A stretch of DNA of 50,274 nt from Atribacterota bacterium (GCA_038203565.1 JBBRDV010000005.1:1-50274); one strand, 5' to 3'. Shown: positions 29,338 to 39,551, numbered from the stretch's first letter. Notes: a model not told the origin generated them from the letters alone. Translations and numbers: made by a program.

Positions 29338-29420
29338 TAAAAAAGACCTAATAGTGTATAGAAAAATGTTTCCATCGATGAAAAACAGCAAGGGGATCTT
29401 TTTGCGATAAAGGGGTGAAC

Positions 29421-31610
29421 ATGAAGATGGCTAGAATACTAATTGTTTCTAACCGGCTTCCGGTAACTGCCAGTAAAAACAAAGATAAGATTAATTTCCT
29501 TCCCAGCGCTGGAGGATTAGCAACTGGTATGTCTTCTTTTCATCAAAATTATGATTGTCAGTGGATTGGCTGGCCGGGTCTAGTTAAAGATAAGATTGGC
29601 GAAAAAGGCATACAAGAAATTATCACTAAGCTTGAAAAATTAAATAACCACCCGGTCTTTCTATCTCAATCACAGATACAAGATTACTATAATGGTTTTT
29701 GTAATAAAACTATCTGGCCCTTATTTCATTCTTTTACTCAATATACAGTCTACCAAAATTCTCTGTGGGATGAATACAATCGAGTCAACAGAATTTTCTG
29801 TCAGACCATTCTGAATATCGCCCGACCAGATGATTTAATCTGGGTACATGATTATCAGTTAATGCTACTTCCTAAAATGTTAAGACAAAGGCGGCCCGAT
29901 TTAACCATTGGTTTTTTTCTGCATATTCCTTTTCCACCTCAGGAAATATATCGACTGCTCCCCTGGCGTGAGAAGATACTTGAAGGTATTTTAGGTGCTG
30001 ATCTTATTGGTTTTCATACTTATGATTATGTACGAAATTTTTTAGACTCAGTGTTGCGCCTTTTTGGCCATGAAAATAACCTGGGTTATATCAACTATCA
30101 GAACCGTATATTGAAAGTGGATACATTTCCCATGGGAATTGATTATGAGCGATTTTCTTCCTCCATCCTAAACCCTGATACAAAAAAAGAGATCAAAAAA
30201 ATACGAGATCAGATTGGGGAAAAGAAAATTATTCTTTCTATTGATCGAATGGATTATACCAAAGGAATTATCAAACGTTTGGAAGCCTTTGAATTTTTCT
30301 TGCAGAAGAATCCAGAATATCTGGAAAAAGTAATTTTAATTATGATAGTTGTACCCTCACGTACTCATGTAAAACAGTATCAGCAGTTAAAACAACAAGT
30401 AGATGAGCTAGTTGGGGAAATAAATGGTAAATACGCTACAATTGGCTGGTCACCCATCCGGTATCTTTTCCAATCCATCCCTTTTTATGAGCTGACTGCT
30501 CTTTATTATGTTGCTGATGTTGCTTTAATAACTCCCTTAAAAGATGGAATGAATTTAGTCGCTAAAGAATTTATTGCTACTAAAAACAATAGTAAAGGGG
30601 TATTAATCCTTAGTGAAATGGCCGGTGCTGTTAATGAGTTAGGCGAGGCCTTAATTGTTAACCCGAATAATAGAGAACAGATATCCTGGTCTATAAAATA
30701 TGCTCTGAATATGTCTGATAAAATACAGAAAAAAAGAAACCAGATTATGCAAAAGCGACTGAAAAATTATGATGTGAAAAAGTGGGCAGATGACTTTAAA
30801 GAAAGCCTTTTAAAGGTAAAAAGCATGCAGGCAGAATTTTCTGCAAAAGATTTATCACCAAAAAAACGTTTAGAGATTATAGAAGATTATCAAAAAAGCA
30901 AAAACCGCTTATTTCTTTTAAATTATGATGGAACATTGATTCCCGCTACTTATGAATTTAAGAAGATTAAACCCAGTAAAAAAATCTTAAATGTGATTCA
31001 ACAATTAATCCAGGATAAGAAAAATCAAGTGGTAATAGTCAGCCGCCGAAAAAAAGATACTTTAGAAAAATGGTTTGCAGATATAAATATTGGATTGGTT
31101 GCCGAAAATGGCGCCTGGTTGAGGAAGAGGATTGGGCAATGGGAAACAGTAAAACCTCTAAGAAAGGAATGGAAAGATCAAATTAGACCCCTGTTAGAAC
31201 TTTATGTTAGCAGAACCCCCGGTTCATTTATCCAAGAAAAAGAGTATTCCTTGGTCTGGTATTATACTAAAACTGACCTTGCTTTTGGTCGGCTAAGAGC
31301 TCTCGAGTTAAAATCCTCTCTTTTGCACCTTACGTCTAACTTGAATCTGGAGGTACTTCATAGAGAAAAAGTAATCGAAATTAAACCCAGGGGAATTAAT
31401 AAAGGCTTAAGTGCTTATTACTGGATTTCCCAAAAAGAATGGGATTTTATCCTGGCGATAGGTGATGACTTGTCAGATGAAGATACCTTTGTCATTTTAC
31501 CTGATTCTGCTTATTCTATTAAGGTGGGCATAGGGTCATCCCAGTCTAAATATAATATTGACTCTTCCATTGAAGTAAGGGCACTTTTACAAGAACTAAC
31601 TAGTAATTAA
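29421..31610 (+). CDS. otsA: Trehalose-6-phosphate synthase fused to a TPP-like HAD domain that is probably inactive
   Basis: Intact GT20 motifs ([36 protein letters not shown]). C-terminal HAD has LNYDGTL and VSRR instead of LDYDGTL and VSGR. Confidence 0.92.
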   Translation: MKMARILIVSNRLPVTASKNKDKINFLPSAGGLATGMSSFHQNYDCQWIGWPGLVKDKIGEKGIQEIITKLEKLNNHPVFLSQSQIQDYYNGFCNKTIWPLFHSFTQYTVYQNSLWDEYNRVNRIFCQTILNIARPDDLIWVHDYQLMLLPKMLRQRRPDLTIGFFLHIPFPPQEIYRLLPWREKILEGILGADLIGFHTYDYVRNFLDSVLRLFGHENNLGYINYQNRILKVDTFPMGIDYERFSSSILNPDTKKEIKKIRDQIGEKKIILSIDRMDYTKGIIKRLEAFEFFLQKNPEYLEKVILIMIVVPSRTHVKQYQQLKQQVDELVGEINGKYATIGWSPIRYLFQSIPFYELTALYYVADVALITPLKDGMNLVAKEFIATKNNSKGVLILSEMAGAVNELGEALIVNPNNREQISWSIKYALNMSDKIQKKRNQIMQKRLKNYDVKKWADDFKESLLKVKSMQAEFSAKDLSPKKRLEIIEDYQKSKNRLFLLNYDGTLIPATYEFKKIKPSKKILNVIQQLIQDKKNQVVIVSRRKKDTLEKWFADINIGLVAENGAWLRKRIGQWETVKPLRKEWKDQIRPLLELYVSRTPGSFIQEKEYSLVWYYTKTDLAFGRLRALELKSSLLHLTSNLNLEVLHREKVIEIKPRGINKGLSAYYWISQKEWDFILAIGDDLSDEDTFVILPDSAYSIKVGIGSSQSKYNIDSSIEVRALLQELTSN

Positions 31611-31637
31611 GTTAAAAGACTGATTTAATAATAAAAA

Positions 31638-32882
31638 TCAGTTTAGAAAATATTTCAACCAACATTTAACCTCTTCAGGTGAAGATAATCGAAAATCAGC
31701 AGCAGATTTTTCGGCTTTTTCCGCAATAAGGATACTGGTTCCCCGGGTTCGAAGAATGCGAAAGGCATCTTCATCAGTGGTGTCATCTCCTAGATAAAAA
31801 ATCTTGTGCTCAGACCAATCAAGTCCCAGAGTATTCAATATCCATAACACCGCTTTACCTTTGTTCCATTCGATATTAGGTAAAAATTCAACAACTTTTT
31901 TCCCTGTCAATAAACGGATATTTTCTCTATTTTCTTTTAGAATCTTCTTTAATGGTAACTTTAGCCCGGGCAAATCTTCTTTTGATACCTGCCTATAATG
32001 AATGGCTACGCTCATCTTTTTCTTTTCTACAATTACTCCGGGAATATGAGATAATGATTTATCTAAACTTTTGGAGATATTTTGAATAAGCGGTAAGAAT
32101 TTTTTTACTTTAGGATGTATCATAGAAATATCTGGTCCAATAATATCCAAACCATGATCCCCGGCATAAAAAATTCCCGGGATGTCCACTAAGGTTTGTA
32201 AATTTCTTCTTCCCCTTCCGCTTACAATGGCTAATTTATATTTTAGAGATAGCTGCCGGATAATTTCTTTCATTTCTGGAGATATTTTGGCCAGATCAGG
32301 CTGCTCGACAATAGGGGTTAGGGTACCATCATAATCGAAAAAGAAGACGGCTTTTTCTTTTCCTTCCATTATTTTAGAAGCGGAATAAAGATACCGGGGG
32401 TGTAAAAAGATCTTTTCATTTTCACCAGAAAAGATTTTTACTGATTCGAGAAGATGAGGAGGGCAGCGATTAAACCACTGATCAATCCATTTTGCACTTA
32501 AATCACTTAATCTCTGAATGACAATATCAGCACCTTTTTTAAAGAAATGTTCCCCTTCTTCTCCTTTTTTTGTTGTTTCCCACCCTACAATAAGGGCAAA
32601 ACCACTATCTCGAGCCGACTCTATATCTTTTGGGTCTCTAAACAAGACCATGGTTTCTACAGGGGAAACCCCAATTTTATGTACAGCTTGAATAAAGGGG
32701 TTTATTTCTGAAGTAGTGGATACAGGTATTTTTTCAGGTAATAGCAACTCAATTTTCAAATCCGGTCTACCTAATTTTTTAATAAATTCAATTATTTGCT
32801 TATCGCGCAATACATTTTCTTTTTCCCAATCCATCCGAAAAAGGATGGCTTTAAAATTATTTTGTTTCATAAGATATCCCAC
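31638..32882 (-). CDS. otsB: Trehalose-6-phosphate phosphatase with degenerate N-terminal beta-PGM-like HAD domain (likely start ATG 32870)
   Basis: C-terminal FDYDGTL, VSGR, HG, HYR, NKG, GDDTTDEDAF all intact. N-terminus resembles beta-PGM HAD (GF.LIVG, GADIVI..LSDL) but lacks catalytic Asp. Confidence 0.88.
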   Translation of the reverse strand: MGYLMKQNNFKAILFRMDWEKENVLRDKQIIEFIKKLGRPDLKIELLLPEKIPVSTTSEINPFIQAVHKIGVSPVETMVLFRDPKDIESARDSGFALIVGWETTKKGEEGEHFFKKGADIVIQRLSDLSAKWIDQWFNRCPPHLLESVKIFSGENEKIFLHPRYLYSASKIMEGKEKAVFFFDYDGTLTPIVEQPDLAKISPEMKEIIRQLSLKYKLAIVSGRGRRNLQTLVDIPGIFYAGDHGLDIIGPDISMIHPKVKKFLPLIQNISKSLDKSLSHIPGVIVEKKKMSVAIHYRQVSKEDLPGLKLPLKKILKENRENIRLLTGKKVVEFLPNIEWNKGKAVLWILNTLGLDWSEHKIFYLGDDTTDEDAFRILRTRGTSILIAEKAEKSAADFRLSSPEEVKCWLKYFLN

Positions 32883-32921
32883 ATATTTTTATATTTATCA
32901 ATTATTGTTGTAACTGTTAAA

Positions 32922-32950
32922 ATCATATTGATAACGCCAATATATGTCAA
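32922..32950 (-). promoter_or_regulatory. Near-consensus sigma70 promoter for otsB
   Basis: TTGACA-17 nt-TATGAT. Confidence 0.75.
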
Positions 32951-33235
32951 GAGAAAAAATTGAAAAAATTTTTAAAAAAAAGAGGGTTTTTTGTAAGAGA
33001 TGTAGTATAACAATATAAGATACTTGCCCCGCTTTGATAAATCAGAGCTCATAAAGACAAAGTATATAATAAATTACTGACTGATGGCTTAGAATCTAAA
33101 ATTATCAACTGTCAACCTGAATTTAATACTAACGACTATTCACTAACGACTAATTCAAAAGGAGGTGTTGTGCATTAGAAATAAAAGATTGAGAAGAATG
33201 TATTTTTAAAAAATAAAGGAGGTAATAAAAAGAAA

Positions 33236-34513
33236 ATGTTAAAGAAAATTAGTTTTACCTTATTGGCAATGTTATTAATTGGAATACTTACTTCAAGTGT
33301 ATTTGCAGCCTCTAATACCGTAACTATTCTCGGTGTTTGGACTGGTGCAGAAGCGGAAGCTTTTAACAAAATGATAGTTCCGTTTGAAGCTGAAACTGGC
33401 ATCAAAGTTGAATTCACTGGAACTCGAGACCTTTCCGCTATTCTAACTACCCAGGTAGAAGCTGGCAATCCACCCGATGTGTCAATTCTACCGAATCCGG
33501 GGCAGATGATAGAATTTGCCAAAGCTGGAAAATTAGTAGATTTAAGCACTTTTATGGATATGGATGTACTACGAAGTGATTATTCACCAACCTGGTTAGA
33601 TCTGGGAACTTATAAAGGAAAATTAAACGGAGTATTTATTTCTGCTGACCTAAAAAGTTTAGTCTGGTATAGTCCTAAAGCATTTGCTGCTGCAGGTTAT
33701 ACAGTACCGACTACCTGGGAAGAGATGATCGCTCTTTCCGATAAAATAGTTGCAGATGGTAAGACTCCCTGGGCTATTGGATTTGAAAGTGGTGCTGCCA
33801 GTGGATGGGCTGGAACAGACTGGGTTGAAGATATTATGCTTCGTACCGTAGAACCGGAGGTTTATGATTTGTGGGTTAGCCATGGAATATCCTGGGTTGA
33901 TGAAAGAGTACAAAGAGCTTTTGAGTTATTTGGTCAGATTGCCTTAAACGAGAAGTATGTCTATGGCGGACCCAATGCAGTGCTTACTATTAATTTTGGT
34001 GACTCGCCAGACGCTCTATTTACTACTCCGCCAAATGCTTATATGCACAGACAGGCAACCTTTATCAAAAGCTTTATACTTGACCATTTCCCCAATTTGG
34101 TTCCAGGAGAAGATTTTGATTTCTTCCCCTTCCCGCCCATTGACCCTCAATATGGGACTCCTGCTTTAGGATCGGCAGATTTGTTTGCCATGTTTAAGGA
34201 TACTCCTGAGGCAAGATCCTTTATGGAATATATTGTTTCCCCGAAAGCTCAGGAAATATGGGTTGCGGAATTAGGAAAGCTTTCCGCTAACAAACGGGTA
34301 AATCCTGCTGCTTATCCTGATGATTTGACCCGTAAAGCTGCCAAAATCTTAAGTGAAGCCTCAACCTTTCGTTTTGATGGCTCTGATTTAATGCCGTCAG
34401 CAGTTGGAGCAGGTTCTTTCTGGACGGGAATATTAGATTATGTAAGCGGTATCCCATTAATGAAAGTATTAAACACTATTGAGACCAGTGCTTTGGATGC
34501 TTATCGGAAATAG
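33236..34513 (+). CDS. Alpha-glucoside ABC transporter substrate-binding protein (AglE-like)
   Basis: Sec signal peptide, GNPPD..LPNPG, KSLVWY, ESGAASGWAGTDWVED, FRFDGSDLMP..VG.G.FW. Confidence 0.88.
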   Translation: MLKKISFTLLAMLLIGILTSSVFAASNTVTILGVWTGAEAEAFNKMIVPFEAETGIKVEFTGTRDLSAILTTQVEAGNPPDVSILPNPGQMIEFAKAGKLVDLSTFMDMDVLRSDYSPTWLDLGTYKGKLNGVFISADLKSLVWYSPKAFAAAGYTVPTTWEEMIALSDKIVADGKTPWAIGFESGAASGWAGTDWVEDIMLRTVEPEVYDLWVSHGISWVDERVQRAFELFGQIALNEKYVYGGPNAVLTINFGDSPDALFTTPPNAYMHRQATFIKSFILDHFPNLVPGEDFDFFPFPPIDPQYGTPALGSADLFAMFKDTPEARSFMEYIVSPKAQEIWVAELGKLSANKRVNPAAYPDDLTRKAAKILSEASTFRFDGSDLMPSAVGAGSFWTGILDYVSGIPLMKVLNTIETSALDAYRK

Positions 34514-34527
34514 CAGAGGATTAGATC

Positions 34528-34617
34528 TGTCATTGAAAGGGGAGCACGCATGTAATATTGAGTGCTCCCCGTGGTAATCTTGGGTTGAGATTGCTTCCCT
34601 TGCTCCTTAAAATGATA
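34528..34617. repeat. Degenerate GTCATTG...GCAATCT/GAGATTGC-type palindromic element (intercistronic stem-loop)
   Basis: TGTCATTG...GGGGAGCAC..GTGCTCCCC..GGTAATCT-TGGGTT-GAGATTGCTTC...AATGATA. Confidence 0.55.
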
Positions 34618-34666
34618 AAATCTGATAGTTATTTAAAATATCCTTTATATTCATATTAAGAAAGGA

Positions 34667-35548
34667 TTGAAGTTTGTGATACATACAAAAAAAATTACCC
34701 CATGGTTATATATATCCCCGGCAGCATTTCTCCTATTCTTTTTTTTAGTATATCCTTCAATTAACACAATATATATTTCTTTTTTTGATTATAATTCCGA
34801 GATATTTATAGGTATTAAAAACTATCTCTATTGTTTTACCAATGAGATTATGCTTAATTCTTTTCGAAATAATGCTCTATGGGTCATACTATTTGTGCCT
34901 CTAACACTATCTTTAGGGCTACTTATAGCAGTATTGGCAGATCGGGTTAAATATGAATCGATGGTTAAATCAATGATATTTATGCCCATGGCTATTTCCT
35001 TCGTGGGTGCGGGAGTCATTTGGAAATTTGTTTACGCTTATCGGCCGGTTTCAGCTGCTCAAACTGGTATTCTTAATGCGATTCGTACATTTTTTAATTC
35101 GGAACCCATACCCTGGTTGATTATTAGGCCTTGGCTGAATAATTTTTGTCTAATTATGGTAGGGGTATGGATATGGACTGGATTCTGTATGGTAATATTA
35201 TCCGCAAGTTATAAAGGTATCCCCCGCGAACTATTAGAGGCAGCTCGGGTAGATGGCGCCACTGAATTTAAAATATTCTGGAAAATTATTTTACCTTTGA
35301 TGCAACCTACCCTTGCAGTAGTCGCTACTACGATGACTATTAATGTTCTTAAAGTATTTGATATTGTCTATGTAATGACCAATGGAAATTTTAATACCGA
35401 GGTTGTCGCCAACCGAATGTATAAAGAGATGTTTATTTTTAGAAATTATGGCCGGGCGAGTGCCATTGCAGTTATATTATTAATGCTGATTATCCCTATG
35501 ATAATTATCAATATTCAGAGGTTCAGGGAACAGGAGGCCATAAGATGA
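34667..35548 (+). CDS. Sugar ABC permease (AglF-like)
   Basis: FMPMAISFVGAGVIWKFVY; EAA loop EAARVDGA. Confidence 0.9.
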   Translation: MKFVIHTKKITPWLYISPAAFLLFFFLVYPSINTIYISFFDYNSEIFIGIKNYLYCFTNEIMLNSFRNNALWVILFVPLTLSLGLLIAVLADRVKYESMVKSMIFMPMAISFVGAGVIWKFVYAYRPVSAAQTGILNAIRTFFNSEPIPWLIIRPWLNNFCLIMVGVWIWTGFCMVILSASYKGIPRELLEAARVDGATEFKIFWKIILPLMQPTLAVVATTMTINVLKVFDIVYVMTNGNFNTEVVANRMYKEMFIFRNYGRASAIAVILLMLIIPMIIINIQRFREQEAIR

Positions 35549-36405
35549 TAAAAAAGTTAGTTTCGATGTTTTCGCATGGGCCGCTTCATTTAGTAATAAT
35601 TACTATTGCTTTAATATGGATACTTCCCAGTGTCGGCTTATTGATAACTTCTTTTCGATCTTCTGCCGATGTAGCGGCATCAGGCTGGTGGACTGTTTTT
35701 GAGCACCCCTTTAATTTTACCCGCTACACTCTGGAAAATTACCAGGAAGTCATTCTGAAGATTGGTATAGGAAGGGCTTTCTTAAATACTTTATTCATTA
35801 CTATCCCTGCTACTATTCTGCCGATATTAATTGCTGCCTTTGCTGCTTACGCCTTTGCCTGGATGGAATTTCCCGGGAGGAGACTTTTATTTATAATTTT
35901 AGTTGGTTTGTTAGTAGTTCCTCTTCAAATGACTTTGATACCGGTCCTGCGAATTTTTAATAGATTAGGAATAGCCGGTACTTTTCCGGGAATATGGTTT
36001 GCTCATACTGGTTATGGACTCCCTCTTATCATATATTTGTTGTATAATTTTATCTCCGGATTGCCGAGCGAATTGTTTGATTCTTCTTCCATAGATGGTG
36101 CTACTCCTTTTCAGATATTCACCAAGATGGTAATACCGCTATCTTTACCAGCTCTTGCATCCGTTACTATCTTTCAGTTCTTGTGGGTATGGAATGATCT
36201 TTTAATAGCCTTGGTCTATTTAGGAGGGACACCAGATGTGGCTCCGCTTACTGTAAGAATAAGTGCATTGGTTGGTTCTTATGGTCAGGATTGGGAACTG
36301 CTTACAGCTGCTGCCTTTGTCTCTATGGCCCTTCCTTTAGTTCTCTTTTTAGGATTACAACGCTATTTCGTAAAAGGTATTTTGGCCGGGTCAGTGAAGG
36401 GATAG
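35545..36405 (+). CDS. Sugar ABC permease (AglG-like)
   Basis: SGWW, AAFAAYAFAWMEF, IDGA, QFLWVWNDLL, LQRYFVKG.LAGSVKG. Confidence 0.9.
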   Translation: MIKKLVSMFSHGPLHLVIITIALIWILPSVGLLITSFRSSADVAASGWWTVFEHPFNFTRYTLENYQEVILKIGIGRAFLNTLFITIPATILPILIAAFAAYAFAWMEFPGRRLLFIILVGLLVVPLQMTLIPVLRIFNRLGIAGTFPGIWFAHTGYGLPLIIYLLYNFISGLPSELFDSSSIDGATPFQIFTKMVIPLSLPALASVTIFQFLWVWNDLLIALVYLGGTPDVAPLTVRISALVGSYGQDWELLTAAAFVSMALPLVLFLGLQRYFVKGILAGSVKG

Positions 36406-36440
36406 AATTAATTAGTCGTTAGTGAATTTGTCAAATAGTC

Positions 36441-36489
36441 GTAGGGGCAGACCTTGTTTCTGCCCGTAGGACAGGCGTCTCGCCTGTCT
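36441..36489. repeat. Two adjacent GTAG-family REP palindromes
   Basis: GTAG-GGGCAGACCTTGTTTCTGCCC followed by GTAG-GACAGGCGTCTCGCCTGTC. Confidence 0.75.
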
Positions 36490-36547
36490 ATAAGATTAAA
36501 CCTGAGTATTTCTTTCTATTATATTTTCTTATTCTAAAGGAAGTATT

Positions 36548-37711
36548 ATGAATGAAGAGAGCTTTAAAAAAGAAATCCTTGATATTGAAGATAAATGCCT
36601 TTCTCCCTATGCTGCGAAAAATTGTGAAGCCAGAAGAGAGCGCGAGACATCTCATCCCTTTAGGGGCCCGTATTCGAGAGACCGGGATCATATATTATAC
36701 AGTGGTTCATTTCGCAGATACATAGGGAAGACTCAGGTTATATATTTTGCCGTAGGTTTTGATGAACAGTTGTCTAATCGGAGTATTCATACTTTACAGG
36801 TTTCTCAGATAGCTCGAACCATAGGGAAGGCTTTAAAGTTAAATCTTGATCTTATTGAGGCCATTGCCCTTGGTCATGATTTAGGACATGCTCCCTTTGG
36901 ACATGATGGAGAGGAGATTCTTCAAGAGATTTGCCAGGAGAAGAATATTGGCATATTTTTTCATAATATCCATAGTCTTAGAATAGTCGATAAACTTGCC
37001 GATGCTTGCAAAGGGATGAACTTGACCTTTCAAGTAAGAGATGGAATTCTCTCTCATGATGGCGAGGTTAACGAGAAATATCTAAAACCGGACAGAGATA
37101 AAACCGAAGCTGATTTAATAGATTATTGCCAGAAAAAATCTCTGGGGGGAGAGATGCAGATAGTGCCAGCAACTTTAGAAGGGTGTGTAGTTCGGATGTC
37201 AGATGCTACCTCCTATGTAGGACAAGATTTCGAGGATGCGATACGAATAGGTATTTTAAAAAAGGGTGAATTGCCAGAAGGGATTAAGAGAAAATTAGGA
37301 GAAAGCAATACAGACATTATAAATTCCTTGGTAACTGATATTATAATTAATTCTTATAATCGCGATGAGATAATTTATTCATCTGATATTTCTGAGAAAG
37401 TTTTTGAATTGAAGCAATTTAATGCGGAAAAGATATATAAAAATCCCAAACTCAAAGCAAAAAAGACGAAATTGAGAGCTTCATTTAAATACTTGTTTGA
37501 CAAATTTCTTAATGATGTTAACAGAGGTGATGAGGATTCTCTAATTTTTAAAGAATGGATTTTTAATAGGGGTAAAAACAAGGGATCAAATTATGTAAAT
37601 AGCAATTTACCTGAGCAGGTGGTGGTAGACTATATTGCTTCTATGACAGATAGGTATTTTGATAATAGAATATATGATTGTTATGTAAGTGAATTAAAAA
37701 GTATTCAATAA
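36548..37711 (+). CDS. HD-domain dNTP triphosphohydrolase (Dgt-like)
   Basis: RDRD.I..S.SFRR..GKTQV, R..HTL.V, EAIALGHDLGHAPFGH.GE, DYIA.MTDRY. Confidence 0.88.
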   Translation: MNEESFKKEILDIEDKCLSPYAAKNCEARRERETSHPFRGPYSRDRDHILYSGSFRRYIGKTQVIYFAVGFDEQLSNRSIHTLQVSQIARTIGKALKLNLDLIEAIALGHDLGHAPFGHDGEEILQEICQEKNIGIFFHNIHSLRIVDKLADACKGMNLTFQVRDGILSHDGEVNEKYLKPDRDKTEADLIDYCQKKSLGGEMQIVPATLEGCVVRMSDATSYVGQDFEDAIRIGILKKGELPEGIKRKLGESNTDIINSLVTDIIINSYNRDEIIYSSDISEKVFELKQFNAEKIYKNPKLKAKKTKLRASFKYLFDKFLNDVNRGDEDSLIFKEWIFNRGKNKGSNYVNSNLPEQVVVDYIASMTDRYFDNRIYDCYVSELKSIQ

Positions 37712-37751
37712 GTATATACTTATTTCATATATAATGTATAATAATAGACAT

Positions 37752-37775
37752 GGGCACAATAATTTATACCCCTAC
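37752..37775 (-). repeat. Degenerate GTAG-family REP
   Basis: Minus strand GTAGGGGTATAAATTATTGTGCCC. Confidence 0.55.
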
Positions 37776-37835
37776 ATCTGAATCCTAATTTCTTTAACGC
37801 GATACGATATACTAACGGCTAATTTAATTCTATCA

Positions 37836-39266
37836 TTGCTTAAGTATGATAAATTTTATTGTAAGAGGATATTGGAAATCTTGCCAAATAAAAAATATTA
37901 CTATCATTCTTATTACCATACTTATTCCCACAAAAAAAGAAGAGCAAAAAAAATAAAAATAATTATTAGTGGACTATTTGTCCTGTTGCTATTTACGGGA
38001 ACAATTTATTTTAAGATTCTTCCTTTATTTTCTTCAAAACAAAACAGTGATTCTCTTACTACTTCAGAAGAAATTTTGAAATCAGCAGAAGAGGAGGTGG
38101 AAAAGGTTCCTGAGATAGTTGAAGAAGAAATAATTACCATTAACGGTAATTTGCAGGCTGGAGATACCATTTATGAATCTTTAATTAAAGAAGGTGTTTC
38201 TGCAGCTGAGATACTCAGTTTACAAGAAAAAGTTAAACCAGTAGTAGATTTTAACTATCTTCCGGTTGGCAGTGAATATTCTTTGAAATATAGTCCGGAA
38301 GGAAAGATAACAGAATTCATTTATAAACCCAACCCTATTGATGTTTACTGTATAGACATTCCTAACTCTGATTTAGAAGATTTAAAGGTAACCAAAGAAG
38401 AAGTATCCACAGAAGTTGTTCAGTTTGAAGGGAAGATTAAATATTCTCTTTATGAATCTATGTTAGAATGTGCAAATTCACCTCAATTAGCCCTGCAATT
38501 AGCAGAGATATTTGCCTGGCAGATCGACTTTCTTACCGAATGCCGGGAGGGAGATACTTTTAATATTTTGGCAGAAAAAGAGTATAGAGGAGATTTTTAT
38601 CGTTGGGTAAAGATACTTGCTGCCGAATATGAAGGGGAACTTCTGAGTAGACATACTGCCATTCTTTTTGAAGACCCCTCTGGGCATATAGATTATTATA
38701 CCGAAGAAGGAAAATCGTTAAGGAAGGCTTTCTTGCGGGCTCCCTTAAATTATAAATATATCAGTTCTTATTTTTCTAATGACCGTTTACACCCAATCTT
38801 AAGAATTTGGCGTCCTCATCTGGCTATCGATTATGCTGCTCCAAGCGGGACCCCGATTTCCACTATCGGAGATGGGACGGTAATTTATGCTGGTTGGGAA
38901 AGTGGTTATGGAAACTACATCAAAATTCGCCATCCCAATAATTATGTAACTGCTTATGGTCACCTTTCTCGTTTTGCCAAAGGGTTAAAAAATGGCCAGA
39001 AGGTAAAACAGGGTGATATAATAGGCTACGTAGGATCTACTGGTTTGTCTACAGGTCCACATTTAGATTTTTCAATTAGTGAAAATGGAAAAAAGGTGGA
39101 TTTCTTGAAACTTAAGCTTCCCGCTGCTTTTTCAGTTGATCCCCAGTATAGTGCTAAATTTAACGAAGCAAAGAATAAGCTGCTTAATGATTTAGAAAAT
39201 AGAAAAGAATTAGATTTAAACATAGGATTAGATAGTCAACAATCCATAAATTATGCAGGAAAATAA
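37836..39266 (+). CDS. M23 peptidoglycan DD-endopeptidase, membrane anchored (exact start uncertain)
   Basis: TM helix, Csd3/MepM-like middle region (IFAWQIDF), H.AID, YGHL, STGPHL. Confidence 0.92.
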   Translation: MLKYDKFYCKRILEILPNKKYYYHSYYHTYSHKKRRAKKIKIIISGLFVLLLFTGTIYFKILPLFSSKQNSDSLTTSEEILKSAEEEVEKVPEIVEEEIITINGNLQAGDTIYESLIKEGVSAAEILSLQEKVKPVVDFNYLPVGSEYSLKYSPEGKITEFIYKPNPIDVYCIDIPNSDLEDLKVTKEEVSTEVVQFEGKIKYSLYESMLECANSPQLALQLAEIFAWQIDFLTECREGDTFNILAEKEYRGDFYRWVKILAAEYEGELLSRHTAILFEDPSGHIDYYTEEGKSLRKAFLRAPLNYKYISSYFSNDRLHPILRIWRPHLAIDYAAPSGTPISTIGDGTVIYAGWESGYGNYIKIRHPNNYVTAYGHLSRFAKGLKNGQKVKQGDIIGYVGSTGLSTGPHLDFSISENGKKVDFLKLKLPAAFSVDPQYSAKFNEAKNKLLNDLENRKELDLNIGLDSQQSINYAGK

Positions 39267-39551
39267 TCAGGAAAATAAAATATTATCGATTTCCCCCCTT
39301 CATAAACCTTCCCTGACCTTTTTACCAGAGTCTGATTTGCATTAAAAGCTCCCTCTTTCAGGTTTCATCCGTTGTTCTTCGCAAGAATAAACCAATACTT
39401 CCTTTACTCTTTGCAATAAATCATATATTATAATTATATACTTTACTATATACCAATTTAATTCTTGAGTCTAAAAGTTGTTTCTTTACCAAACGCAATT
39501 CGATATACTCGATACGAATATAGAAGAATATTTATATAAAATGTAGAATTA

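Noticed and set aside
32980..33010. SigH-like promoter (also 39522-39549)
   Set aside because: Matches to AGGA…GAAT are imperfect in AT-rich DNA; not supportable.
39300..39375. Glycine riboswitch or SRP RNA resemblance on the minus strand
   Set aside because: Lacks the GGAGA/CCGAAG glycine core and the SRP GGAAGCAGC motif; no downstream gene in that orientation.
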